DNA from: Nitrospiria bacterium
Lineage (GTDB): Bacteria; Nitrospirota; RBG-16-64-22
Length of the DNA: 55,083 nucleotides
Assembly (NCBI GenBank): GCA_919903025.1
Contig: CAKKSE010000076.1
Span: 1-55,083, forward strand
Direction of reading: 5' to 3'
Both the position numbers and the translations under genes were made by a program. Positions 38,713-47,204 of the stretch are shown here, piece by piece. The notes under the pieces are model-generated. The model had not been told where the DNA came from. It did no database searches and saw only the letters and a program-made list of their open reading frames with translations. The first letter of the stretch is position 1. The number at the start of each line of letters is the position of its first letter.

Positions 38713-39981
38713 TCAGCCAAGCGGGGAGAGCTTTTCCTTCTTCGGGAAAAGGGGGAGGAAGCGGGAGAAGAGCCAAAGGAGCCCGAACGGCAGGAGAAGA
38801 AGCAGAAGAAATCCCGCCAGCCCTTCCTTGAAGGTGTCCAGATCGTGGGGGATGATGGGCAGTTGGTAGTTCATGTACCCCGAGAAGGTGAGGGAGAAGG
38901 CCTGCCCGCCGATGACCACGTTCCAGCGCATCATGAAGACGCCGAAGAGGATCAGGATCGAGGCGACGAACGCCCGCCTGATGCTCAAGCTGGGAAGGAG
39001 CAACAGCAAGAACGGCAGAGCCATCCCCAGGCCGTACTGGAGCCCGAAGATGTTGAAGGCGAACCGATCGAAGATGATGGTCTGCAGGATCTCATAGGGC
39101 TTCTTCGCCGTATAGCTATGGAACACGAGATCCAGCAATTCCAGGGACAAGGCCAGGATCATGAAAAAGACCAGATACTTCGCAATGATGCGGATGATCT
39201 GGATGTCCGTCTCCCGCTGGGGCATCGCCGACGGGTGTCCCCTTTCCGGTCCCCACGGGCTGGGCCGCTTGAAGATCACACGGATTTCCATGATCACGAT
39301 GTAGGTGAAGAGGCAGAGCGCAATGCCCGAGACGACGGCGGACATGATGAAGATCACGGGCATGAGAGGGGTCATCCAGAGGGCGTTGGCCTTCACCGAT
39401 CCGAAGATGAACCCGACGTATCCGTGGAGGAAGCAGGCGACCGGGATCCCGACCCCGGCCAGGACGGTCGCAACCCGCTCATCCAGCTTGAGGGCTTTCT
39501 CGCTCACGTCATAGCTGCCGAGCGTGAGGACGCGGTACAGAAGCCCCTTGAGTCTCGCCGGCAAACCCTCGGCCTTTCTGAGCGAAAGGGCCGACTCCAC
39601 GATGTGCTGTCGGTAGGTGAACCAGACCTCCGAAGCGACGATGGCCGCGTAGACGGAGAAGACGACGCCGAAAGCCGCGATGGCCGAGGTGAAATGCGGC
39701 GTGAACAAGACATGGATGTTCCGCTGCGGCTGCTGCAAGTGGAACAGCAGAGGCAGGGGCGCCGCCAGCAGGAGGGCGAGGGAGAAGACCAGGGCGAAGG
39801 GGGTGACGGGCTTCAGCTCCTCCTTGCCGAAAACGTGGGAGAGAGAGGAGAGGACGAACGCCCCGGCCACGAGGCCCGTGAGATAGGGATAGAGGACGAT
39901 CTGGATGCTCCAGACGATGTTCTCGTTGGGATAGACGAACAGCTCCTTGATCGTCCAGATCTCGCCATGCACAGGCATCAT
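38713..39981 (-). CDS. NrfD/PsrC-family integral membrane quinone-interacting subunit
   Basis: 422 aa, about 10 TM helices. N-terminus IVWSIQIVLYPYLTGLVAGAFVLSSL typical of NrfD. Starts 1 nt after the stop of the FeS gene. Confidence 0.8.
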   Translation of the reverse strand: MMPVHGEIWTIKELFVYPNENIVWSIQIVLYPYLTGLVAGAFVLSSLSHVFGKEELKPVTPFALVFSLALLLAAPLPLLFHLQQPQRNIHVLFTPHFTSAIAAFGVVFSVYAAIVASEVWFTYRQHIVESALSLRKAEGLPARLKGLLYRVLTLGSYDVSEKALKLDERVATVLAGVGIPVACFLHGYVGFIFGSVKANALWMTPLMPVIFIMSAVVSGIALCLFTYIVIMEIRVIFKRPSPWGPERGHPSAMPQRETDIQIIRIIAKYLVFFMILALSLELLDLVFHSYTAKKPYEILQTIIFDRFAFNIFGLQYGLGMALPFLLLLLPSLSIRRAFVASILILFGVFMMRWNVVIGGQAFSLTFSGYMNYQLPIIPHDLDTFKEGLAGFLLLLLLPFGLLWLFSRFLPLFPKKEKLSPLG

Positions 39982-39982
39982 C

Positions 39983-40756
39983 TCACCTCACGATCCGGTC
40001 CAGGCCGATGTAGAAGGCGTGCGGCTTCGTTCCGTACTCCTCCTTCAGGACGGTGACCCGCTCGGTCCGGACGATTCGGCTGACCTCGCTGTTGGGGTCC
40101 CGGATGTCTCCCCACTTCCGGACCCCGAAGGCGCAGGCGTCCACGCACGCCGGGTTCATCCCCTTCGTGATCCGGTGGTAGCAGAACGTGCACTTCTCGG
40201 CGGTCTTGTGCACCGGATGGAAGAACCGCGTTCCGAACGGGCAGGCCTGAAGGCAGTAGCCGCAGCCGATGCACCAACTCCGGTCCACGAGGACGACCCC
40301 CTCGTCCGTCACGTGGCTGGCCCCCACGGGGCAGACCTGGACACACGGCGGGTTCTCGCAGTGGTTGCAGACCTTGGGGACGAAGAACCCCTTCGCAATC
40401 TGTTCCGCCGGGACCTGTTCGCCCATCGGGTTGTTCTTGGTATATCCATCGCGGGCGGCGTTGGGAGAATCGATGAGGACCCGGCCGTCCGTAGTCACGA
40501 CGTACCGCTCAACCCAGGTCCGCGAGGCGGTTGTTTCCCAGGGGATCTCGTTCTCGCGCTTGCAGGCCTGGACACACATCCCGCAGCCGACGCACTTCGT
40601 GGCGTCGATGACCCACGCCCAGCGCGGCCCCTTCCCCTTCCGCACGGCGGCGAGGATCTCGGGCGTGAGAAGTTCATACGCCGCCGCGGGGACCGCGGCG
40701 GCCGCCAGAGCCTTGGCGCTGTTCTTGAGGAAATGCCGCCTGGACCAATTCATCAT
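39983..40756 (-). CDS. Tat-exported 4x[4Fe-4S] ferredoxin-like subunit (NrfC/PsrB/DmsB family)
   Basis: Twin-arginine signal MMNWSRRHFLK. Cys clusters CVGCGMCVQAC, CNHCENPPCVQVCP, CIGCGYCLQACP and CTFC...CVDAC. Confidence 0.85.
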   Translation of the reverse strand: MMNWSRRHFLKNSAKALAAAAVPAAAYELLTPEILAAVRKGKGPRWAWVIDATKCVGCGMCVQACKRENEIPWETTASRTWVERYVVTTDGRVLIDSPNAARDGYTKNNPMGEQVPAEQIAKGFFVPKVCNHCENPPCVQVCPVGASHVTDEGVVLVDRSWCIGCGYCLQACPFGTRFFHPVHKTAEKCTFCYHRITKGMNPACVDACAFGVRKWGDIRDPNSEVSRIVRTERVTVLKEEYGTKPHAFYIGLDRIVR

Positions 40757-40757
40757 T

Positions 40758-41243
40758 TCACTTCCACCCCGCTGTGTGGACGCTGTGGCACGTCACGCAC
40801 GGAAGGCCGGGGTTGTGTACTTCCGGGTTCTGCATCTTCATCGGGATGGGGCCGCCCGGCAGTCCGGTGTAGACCTTCGGCCGGTAGGGGAGATCGGCAT
40901 GGCACCTCAGGCAGAGGTCCCGCTCCCGGTCGACGGCCAGCTTTGGCGGATCCATTGGATGGTCGCGGGCCGGGCCGTGACAGTTCTCGCACTGGATCCG
41001 GGAATGCTTCGAGGCCGCGATTTTGGCGTAATTCTCATGATGGCAACCCGCGCAGTAGTCCTTCCCCTTGTGTTTCACCTGCACGGCTTTCCAGTCGTCT
41101 TCATTCCCCGTCCGGTACCATCCGTACGTATAATCCCCCCGGTGGACCCCGAAGTCGCCGGGGACGTACAGTGCCCGCGCCGTCAGGAAGAGCGCGAGAA
41201 GGCCTAGCGCAATCCAGAGAGGTCTGAAGACATGGGATCTCAT
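40758..41243 (-). CDS. membrane-anchored tetrahaem cytochrome c
   Basis: N-terminal TM helix and four CXXCH motifs (CAGCH, CENCH, CLRCH, CVTCH). Confidence 0.8.
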   Translation of the reverse strand: MRSHVFRPLWIALGLLALFLTARALYVPGDFGVHRGDYTYGWYRTGNEDDWKAVQVKHKGKDYCAGCHHENYAKIAASKHSRIQCENCHGPARDHPMDPPKLAVDRERDLCLRCHADLPYRPKVYTGLPGGPIPMKMQNPEVHNPGLPCVTCHSVHTAGWK

Positions 41244-41244
41244 G

Positions 41245-42030
41245 TCATGGAGAGGCCTTGGGCGTCTTCACGCGGTCCAGCTCGTTCTTGGCCGCCTGCG
41301 CGTGCTCGTAGGCGGAGATCCCTTTGACAAAGACCTCTTTGATATGGAAGGTATGCCAAGCCTGCTTGGCCAGCGAGAGATCTGCCTGCGCCCGTCCGAG
41401 TTCCGCCTCCGCGACGGCGACCGGACTTCCGGCCTGCTTGGCGGCTCCCAGGGCGTCCTTGAGCAGGGACAGGCTCAGCGCAGTTTTGCGGATGATCGCG
41501 ATCACCTCGTAGGCTTGGTACGGCTTCGGATGACACAGATTGCATGTCTCCTGCATCTCCTTCAGGCTCAGCACCTTGGTCGCCATGGCGCCGTGGCAGG
41601 TGGCGCAGTTGGGCCCCTTCCCCGTCTTCTGGAGCATCATGTAGTGGCGGCTTTTCTGGAATGCCTGGTATTGCTCATGACAGGTTCCGCACGTCTTGGG
41701 GATCGTCTGATAGAAGACCCGGCTCTTGGGATTGTTCGAATTCAGCACGCCCGCGTGGGCCTCTTTCTTCTCCGCCTTGGCGGGATCCCCGCCGTGACAG
41801 GAGTTGCAGGTCACCTGCTTCTTGGCGTGGACCGACTGCTCCCATTCGAGAAAGGAGTGTTTAACATGGGAAGGATCCGCCAGCGTCTTATGACAGTCGA
41901 TGCAGGAATTAGCCTCCGCCCCGGGCAATGGCCAGAGAAGAAGAACTCCAAGAACCATCCCAGCGATGACGACCCCCCCCCGAATCCAGGCAGAGCGTTC
42001 CCTCACCAGTTCCACACCCAGTCCCCGCAT
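41245..42030 (-). CDS. pentahaem cytochrome c
   Basis: Signal/anchor sequence, five CXXCH motifs (CIDCH, CNSCH, CGTCH, CATCH, CNLCH) and an alpha-helical C-terminal third. AAGGAG SD 8 nt upstream. Confidence 0.75.
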   Translation of the reverse strand: MRGLGVELVRERSAWIRGGVVIAGMVLGVLLLWPLPGAEANSCIDCHKTLADPSHVKHSFLEWEQSVHAKKQVTCNSCHGGDPAKAEKKEAHAGVLNSNNPKSRVFYQTIPKTCGTCHEQYQAFQKSRHYMMLQKTGKGPNCATCHGAMATKVLSLKEMQETCNLCHPKPYQAYEVIAIIRKTALSLSLLKDALGAAKQAGSPVAVAEAELGRAQADLSLAKQAWHTFHIKEVFVKGISAYEHAQAAKNELDRVKTPKASP

Positions 42031-42367
42031 AGTGATCTCCTTTTCAGCTTTTGAGCAAATCCCGGACCGCGAATCTCTTCTCCGCGTTCCGAGCGATTAC
42101 AACCGGTTGCAAGAAAGCACCCGTTGAAACGGCCAAGACGACCGCCAGAACTGCGCCAGAAGCCTCATCCTTGTGGTGCAAGACGCGCAACATGCGTGAT
42201 GACAAGAAACAGGGGGGCGACGCAAACAAGACCAGGATACGCGGCTAATATATAGCACCGCAATCCAGGGTTTTCAACCCCCGCATAACAGGCTTGTCGG
42301 TTGACCTTCCAGCGCGGCGGTCGTCGCCGGCGCGCAAGCGCCCGGGAGTGTCACGGGCGGCCGGGGG

Positions 42368-43615
42368 CTAGAACCAAAGCATCCCGACGACGGCGCCGGT
42401 CATCAGCGTCGCGAGCGTCCCGGAGACGATCGACCTGAACCCGAGCGAGACGATCTCCCCGCGCCTTTCCGGAACCATCGTTCCCATTCCGCCGATCATG
42501 ATCCCGAGGCTCCCCAGGTTGGCGAAGCCGCAAAGCGCGTACGTCATGATGACGCGGCTCCGGGGAGAGAGGGCGTCCTCGGGGAGAGCCGCGAGGTCCA
42601 GGTAGGCGATCAGCTCGTTCAGGATCGTCTTCGTCCCCATCAGCGCCCCGGCGGTCTGGGCCTCCGGCCAGGGAACGCCCGCGAGCCAGACGAGGGGCGC
42701 CATGAGGACCCCAAGGATCCGCTGGAGCGTGACGGGCTTGCCGCCGATTTCCGGAAGGAGCCCGACGATCTGGTTCGCGAGGCTCACGAGGGCGACGAGG
42801 ACTATCAGCATGGCGATGATGTTGATAAGGAGCTCGACGGCCTGGAGGGTGCCTTTCGTGACGGCGTCCATGCTGTTCTCGGCTTGTTGCGGCGGGACGA
42901 TGTTGCCTGAGGTGACGCGGTCGTCTCCAGGGACCATGAGGGCGGCCACGGTGATGGCGGCCGGGGCGCTGATAATCGACGCGATCAGGATCTGTCCCAG
43001 CGCGTCCGGGATGGCGCGGGAAAGGAAGCTCGCGTAGAGGAACATGACCGTCCCCGCGATCGTGGCCATCCCGGCCGTCATCACGGCGAACAGCTCGCCG
43101 CGGGTCATCTCCTTGAGGTAGGGCCGGATAAAGAGAGGCGCTTCGATCATTCCGACGAAGACGTTCGCCGAGGCGGACACCCCGACCGCGCCGCCGACCC
43201 CCATCGTCTTCTCTAGAAGACGCGAGAATCCCTTCACGATGAGCGGAAGGACCCGCCAGTGGAAGAGAAGGGCGGAGAGAGCGCCCACGACGAGGATGAG
43301 GGGAAGGGCCCGGAAGGCCAGGACGAAGCTCGCGCCGGGGTGGGATTCCCCAAACGGCAGCGGCCCACCGCCCAGGTAGCCAAAGACGAACGAGGTCCCG
43401 GCTTGCGCGGCTTTCTCGATGGCGAGAAGGACGTTGTTCAGCGAGACGAAAGCTTCCTTGATCGGCGGGACCTTGAGGAGGAGGAAGCCGAGCGCGATCT
43501 GCAGGAGCGCGCCGGCGGCGACGGTCCTCCATCGGACGTTCCGGCGGTTCTCGCTGACGGCCCAGGCGAGGGCGATGAGGGCCGCGAAGCCGAAAGCGCT
43601 CTGAAGGATCAACAT
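42368..43615 (-). CDS. nupC: NupC-family concentrative nucleoside transporter
   Basis: ORF trimmed to MLILQSAFGFAALIALAW. GTSFVFGYLGG and FANLGSLGIMIGG, 415 aa, polytopic. Confidence 0.8.
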   Translation of the reverse strand: MLILQSAFGFAALIALAWAVSENRRNVRWRTVAAGALLQIALGFLLLKVPPIKEAFVSLNNVLLAIEKAAQAGTSFVFGYLGGGPLPFGESHPGASFVLAFRALPLILVVGALSALLFHWRVLPLIVKGFSRLLEKTMGVGGAVGVSASANVFVGMIEAPLFIRPYLKEMTRGELFAVMTAGMATIAGTVMFLYASFLSRAIPDALGQILIASIISAPAAITVAALMVPGDDRVTSGNIVPPQQAENSMDAVTKGTLQAVELLINIIAMLIVLVALVSLANQIVGLLPEIGGKPVTLQRILGVLMAPLVWLAGVPWPEAQTAGALMGTKTILNELIAYLDLAALPEDALSPRSRVIMTYALCGFANLGSLGIMIGGMGTMVPERRGEIVSLGFRSIVSGTLATLMTGAVVGMLWF

Positions 43616-43754
43616 GGTGCGGCCCTTCCCTTGCGGCGGCTCGCGGCCGCCGACATGCGTCCGAGTTGCGAGAGGCCTCTTCCGTTTCCGCTGTCCCTCA
43701 GCAGAGGTAGCATTTTTTGATCGTCCACTCAACCGCAAATTCGCGATATCGCTG

Positions 43755-43763
43755 TGGTATATT
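43755..43763 (+). promoter_or_regulatory. extended -10 element TGgTATATT upstream of the macro-domain operon
   Basis: Read directly, 28 nt upstream of the ATG at 43791, with GAGGAGGAGGG SD in between. No good -35 element. Confidence 0.3.
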
Positions 43764-43790
43764 ATTTCAGAATGAGGAGGAGGGTTCGCC

Positions 43791-44309
43791 ATGCCTGATA
43801 TACGGATCGTCCAGGGGGACATTACGGAGATGGGCGTGGACGCCGTCGTGAACGCGGCCAACAACGACCTGATCCTCGGAAGCGGCGTGGCAGGGGCGAT
43901 CCGGCGGCGGGGAGGACCCGCAATCCAGGAAGAGTGCCACAAGATCGGCCGGATCGCGGTGGGCGAGGCGGCCGTCACGGGCGGGGGAAGCCTTGCCGCG
44001 CGGTACGTGATCCACGCCGCCAGCATGGGGTTTTCCCATCCCACGACCGACGAGTCGCTCCGCGCGTCCGTTCGGAACTCGCTGTTGCGCGCCGAGGAGC
44101 TCGGGATCAGGACGGTCGCCTTTCCCGCCCTCGGGACGGGCGTGTCCGGATTTCCTCTCGAGCGATGCGCCGAGATCATGATCGGGGAGATATCGGACCA
44201 CCTGGCCGGCGCGACGGGCCTCTCGGAGGTCTCGATCGTCCTCTTCGATTCGGCGGCGCGCGGCGTGTTCGCCGACGTCCTCTTGCGGGCGAGTTCCCCG
44301 GGAACGTGA
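43791..44309 (+). CDS. macro-domain protein (ADP-ribose binding/hydrolase, YmdB-like)
   Basis: [34 protein letters not shown] and [12 protein letters not shown]. Confidence 0.85.
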   Translation: MPDIRIVQGDITEMGVDAVVNAANNDLILGSGVAGAIRRRGGPAIQEECHKIGRIAVGEAAVTGGGSLAARYVIHAASMGFSHPTTDESLRASVRNSLLRAEELGIRTVAFPALGTGVSGFPLERCAEIMIGEISDHLAGATGLSEVSIVLFDSAARGVFADVLLRASSPGT

Positions 44310-44310
44310 C

Positions 44311-44913
44311 GTGGAGGCGGATCGCCCGAACGGAATCGCGGTTCGTGAGCGGGAGCTTTTTTCCTATCTCGTTCGGCGGGTCGTGTCCGGTTTCAGGCCG
44401 AGACTTGCGGAGGTCTCAGCCCGGACCGCCGCCCGCGCGGGGGAGGATTCAGAGGCCGCGTTCCAGGGCCTTGTGGCCAAGGGGTGGGTCCGCCTCGATC
44501 CGCTGGCGAGCGACTTTTCCGGCGTGGGACCGTTCGTCTTCGAGGACACAGACTGGTCCGTTTCGATGGGCGAGACGGCGGTCTCGGCGCAATCCGCCCT
44601 TGATTCCCTCGCGGTCCACTTCGTGAGCGGCAACGACGTCTTCATCCGCTCTCACTGCGGCTATTGCAGCCGGGAAATCACGATCACGATCAAATATGGA
44701 CGGATCCGGTCGGCCGCTCCGGCCGAGATCAGGGTCTTTATCCCCGAGGAGGCCGATCCTCCGGCTCCCTCCCTGTTCTTCTGCTGTCCGTCCGATTTCT
44801 TCAGTTGGCGGTCCGAGAACCCCCGGGCGGGGACGGCGCTCACCCTCGAGGAAGGGCTCATTTACTCGGAGGGATTCTTCGGCGGCGCCGCCGAAGAAGG
44901 GAACGTTTCCTGA
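44311..44913 (+). CDS. hypothetical protein; weak resemblance to the alkylmercury-lyase (MerB) fold
   Basis: GTG start 1 nt after the macro-domain stop, and TGATG overlap with the next gene. Has SAQSALDSLAV where MerB has C-A-x-D-A-L (from memory), and FFCCPSDFFSW near the C-terminus. The product call is tentative. Confidence 0.35.
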   Translation: MEADRPNGIAVRERELFSYLVRRVVSGFRPRLAEVSARTAARAGEDSEAAFQGLVAKGWVRLDPLASDFSGVGPFVFEDTDWSVSMGETAVSAQSALDSLAVHFVSGNDVFIRSHCGYCSREITITIKYGRIRSAAPAEIRVFIPEEADPPAPSLFFCCPSDFFSWRSENPRAGTALTLEEGLIYSEGFFGGAAEEGNVS

Positions 44914-46400
44914 TGGGCCGGATCATCCGCCTGGCCGTCGTGGTTGTCTGGGTTTCCCTCCTTGTCGTCCTTGGGACCCGGGTGTACGCACCGGGGGGCG
45001 CGACGGTCCTTGTCCCGGAGAAGATCGACGCGGTCTCCCCGGTCCGGGAAGAGTGGCTCGGCGCCTACTTCAAGGGGAACAAGATCGGCTATATCACGAC
45101 CCGCACCGAACGGATCGGGGAGATCATCCACATCAAGCAGACGGGAGAGCTCAGGCTCTCGCTCCTCGGGCAGGCCCGGCGCGTCGAGTACGAGCTCTCC
45201 GCCTACAATGGCGCCGACTACCGCCTGCGCTCGTTCTCCTTCCGGCTCAAGTCGGAGTTCTCCGACATCGAGGCCTCGGGAGAGGTGCGCGGCCGCCGGA
45301 TGCTGCTCTCGCTCGTCTCGGGCGGAGAGACGCGGAAGCACGTCGTCGAGATGGCCGATGTTCCCTATATCGCGGCCGGCCTGAAACCGGTCCTCGCCAA
45401 CCAGCCCCTCGCGCCGGGGAAGAAGTTCCGGTTCCACGTCTTCGAGCCGCCTCCCACGTTCCAGACCGTCCCGATGGAGATCGAGGTCGAAGGGATGGAC
45501 GGCGTCAAGATCGGCGGCACGGTGACGACGGCCTACCGCCTGAAGACGACCTACCACGGGCTCATCCTGCGGGCGTGGATCGACGAGAACGGAAATACGC
45601 TCAAGGAGGAGTCGCCCTCCGGATATACCCTGATCCGCGAATCCAGGCAGGCGGCCATGACGTTTCCTGAAGGAGCGCCGGTCTTCGATCTCCTGGCCCT
45701 GTCCAGCGTGCCGGTCGCGGGCTTGATTCCGGACAAGGGCGTGGTCGACTCGCTCACCCTCCGCGTATCGGGGATCGATCCCTCCATCTATCCGGATATG
45801 AACGGCGGGCGTCAGGCGGTCGAGGGGAACGACGTCGTCATTCGGCGGGAGGACCCGCGGGCCATCCCCTCCTATCCCCTTCCCTACAGGGGGCGGGAGT
45901 GGGCGGACGATCTCAAGCCCGATCCCTTTGTCCAGGCGGACCATCCGAAGATACGGGCGCAGGCGGAGAAGATCATGGCCGGGGAGACGGACGCGCTCAA
46001 GGCCGCCGAGAGGATCGCGTCGTGGGTCCACCTGAACGTCCGGAAGGAGCCCGTGGTCTCGATTCCTTCGGCTATCGAGGTCCTCGAAAACCGCGTGGGG
46101 GACTGCAACGAGCATACGATCCTGTACGCGGCCCTCGCCCGCTCTGCGGGGATTCCCACGAGGATTTCGGCGGGTGTCGTGCGCGTTCTCACACGTTTCT
46201 ACTACCACGCCTGGCCGGAAGTCTACGTGGGCAGTTGGATGGCGGTCGACCCCACGCTGGGGCAGTTCCCGGCCGACGCGACGCATCTCCGGCTCATCCA
46301 GGGCGGCCTCGACAAGCAGGCGCCGATCATCGCCGCGATCGGCTCCCTCCGCCTGGAGGTCAAGGGAGTGCGGATGTCCGGCCTGGAGGCGGCCCGGTGA
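44913..46400 (+). CDS. membrane-anchored transglutaminase-like (Cys-His-Asp) protein
   Basis: ORF trimmed to MGRIIRLAVVVVWVSLLVVL (TM anchor). Transglutaminase core GDCNEHTILYAALARSAGIP...YHAWPEVYVG...VDPT. Confidence 0.75.
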   Translation: MGRIIRLAVVVVWVSLLVVLGTRVYAPGGATVLVPEKIDAVSPVREEWLGAYFKGNKIGYITTRTERIGEIIHIKQTGELRLSLLGQARRVEYELSAYNGADYRLRSFSFRLKSEFSDIEASGEVRGRRMLLSLVSGGETRKHVVEMADVPYIAAGLKPVLANQPLAPGKKFRFHVFEPPPTFQTVPMEIEVEGMDGVKIGGTVTTAYRLKTTYHGLILRAWIDENGNTLKEESPSGYTLIRESRQAAMTFPEGAPVFDLLALSSVPVAGLIPDKGVVDSLTLRVSGIDPSIYPDMNGGRQAVEGNDVVIRREDPRAIPSYPLPYRGREWADDLKPDPFVQADHPKIRAQAEKIMAGETDALKAAERIASWVHLNVRKEPVVSIPSAIEVLENRVGDCNEHTILYAALARSAGIPTRISAGVVRVLTRFYYHAWPEVYVGSWMAVDPTLGQFPADATHLRLIQGGLDKQAPIIAAIGSLRLEVKGVRMSGLEAAR

Positions 46401-47140
46401 TCAAGCTCGATCATCTGACGAAACACTTCGGGCGCATCGCCGCCGTCGACGACCTTTCGCTCGAGGTTCGGGGCGGGGAGATCATGGCGTTCCTGGGGCC
46501 GAACGGGGCGGGGAAGACCACGACTCTCAGGATGATCGGCGGCCTGCTCGAGCCCACCGGCGGGCGGATCGAGGTGAAGGGACACGATCTGGCAAGGTCG
46601 CCGATCGAGGTGAAGCGGATCATGGGATTCATCCCCGATCGGCCGTATCTCTACGAAAAACTGACCGCCCGCGAGTTCCTAGTCTTTTCCGGCGGGCTCT
46701 ACGGTGTTCCGCCGGACCGGGCGTCATCGCGCGGGAAGGAGCTTCTCCATCTCTTCGGTCTCACGGATTGGTCGGATGAGCTGATCGAGTCGTTCTCCCA
46801 CGGGATGAAACAGCGCCTCGTCATGGCTTCCGCCCTGCTCCACGAGCCGGAGGTCCTTGTCATCGACGAGCCTATGGTCGGCCTCGACCCGCGCGGCACG
46901 AGGATGCTCAAAAACCTTTTCCGCGGGCTGAGGGACCGGGGGGTCACGATCCTCCTTTCGACGCACACACTCTCCGTCGCGGAGGAGATCTGCGACCGGG
47001 TGGCCATCATCCACAAGGGACGCTTGGTCTCCGTGGGGACGGTAGAGGATCTTCGCGTTCTCTCTCACAAGCACGAGGCGGGGTTCGAGGAAGTCTTCCT
47101 TGCGCTGACGAGCGAAGGGGAGGAAGGAACTGCAGATTGA
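46397..47140 (+). CDS. ABC transporter ATP-binding protein
   Basis: GTGA overlap with the upstream stop. Walker A GPNGAGKTT, signature SHGMKQR, Walker B VLVIDEP. Confidence 0.85.
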   Translation: MIKLDHLTKHFGRIAAVDDLSLEVRGGEIMAFLGPNGAGKTTTLRMIGGLLEPTGGRIEVKGHDLARSPIEVKRIMGFIPDRPYLYEKLTAREFLVFSGGLYGVPPDRASSRGKELLHLFGLTDWSDELIESFSHGMKQRLVMASALLHEPEVLVIDEPMVGLDPRGTRMLKNLFRGLRDRGVTILLSTHTLSVAEEICDRVAIIHKGRLVSVGTVEDLRVLSHKHEAGFEEVFLALTSEGEEGTAD

Positions 47141-47204
47141 AAATTGAAAATTGAAAATTTGAAATTGGAAATTGGAAATTGGAAAACGAAAGCCAAGAGC
47201 CAAG
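47133..47204 (+). repeat. 7-nt tandem repeat (AAAATTG/GAAATTG, about 8 units) followed by AGCCAAG x2
   Basis: Contains the ABC ATPase TGA (47138..47140) and ends at the ATG of the permease gene. Confidence 0.9.

Noticed and set aside
42100-42109. Palindrome CAACCGGTTG upstream of the cytochrome operon considered as an FNR/CRP box.
   Set aside because: It does not match TTGAT-N4-ATCAA. It is kept only as an unassigned palindrome, mentioned under the cytochrome module finding.
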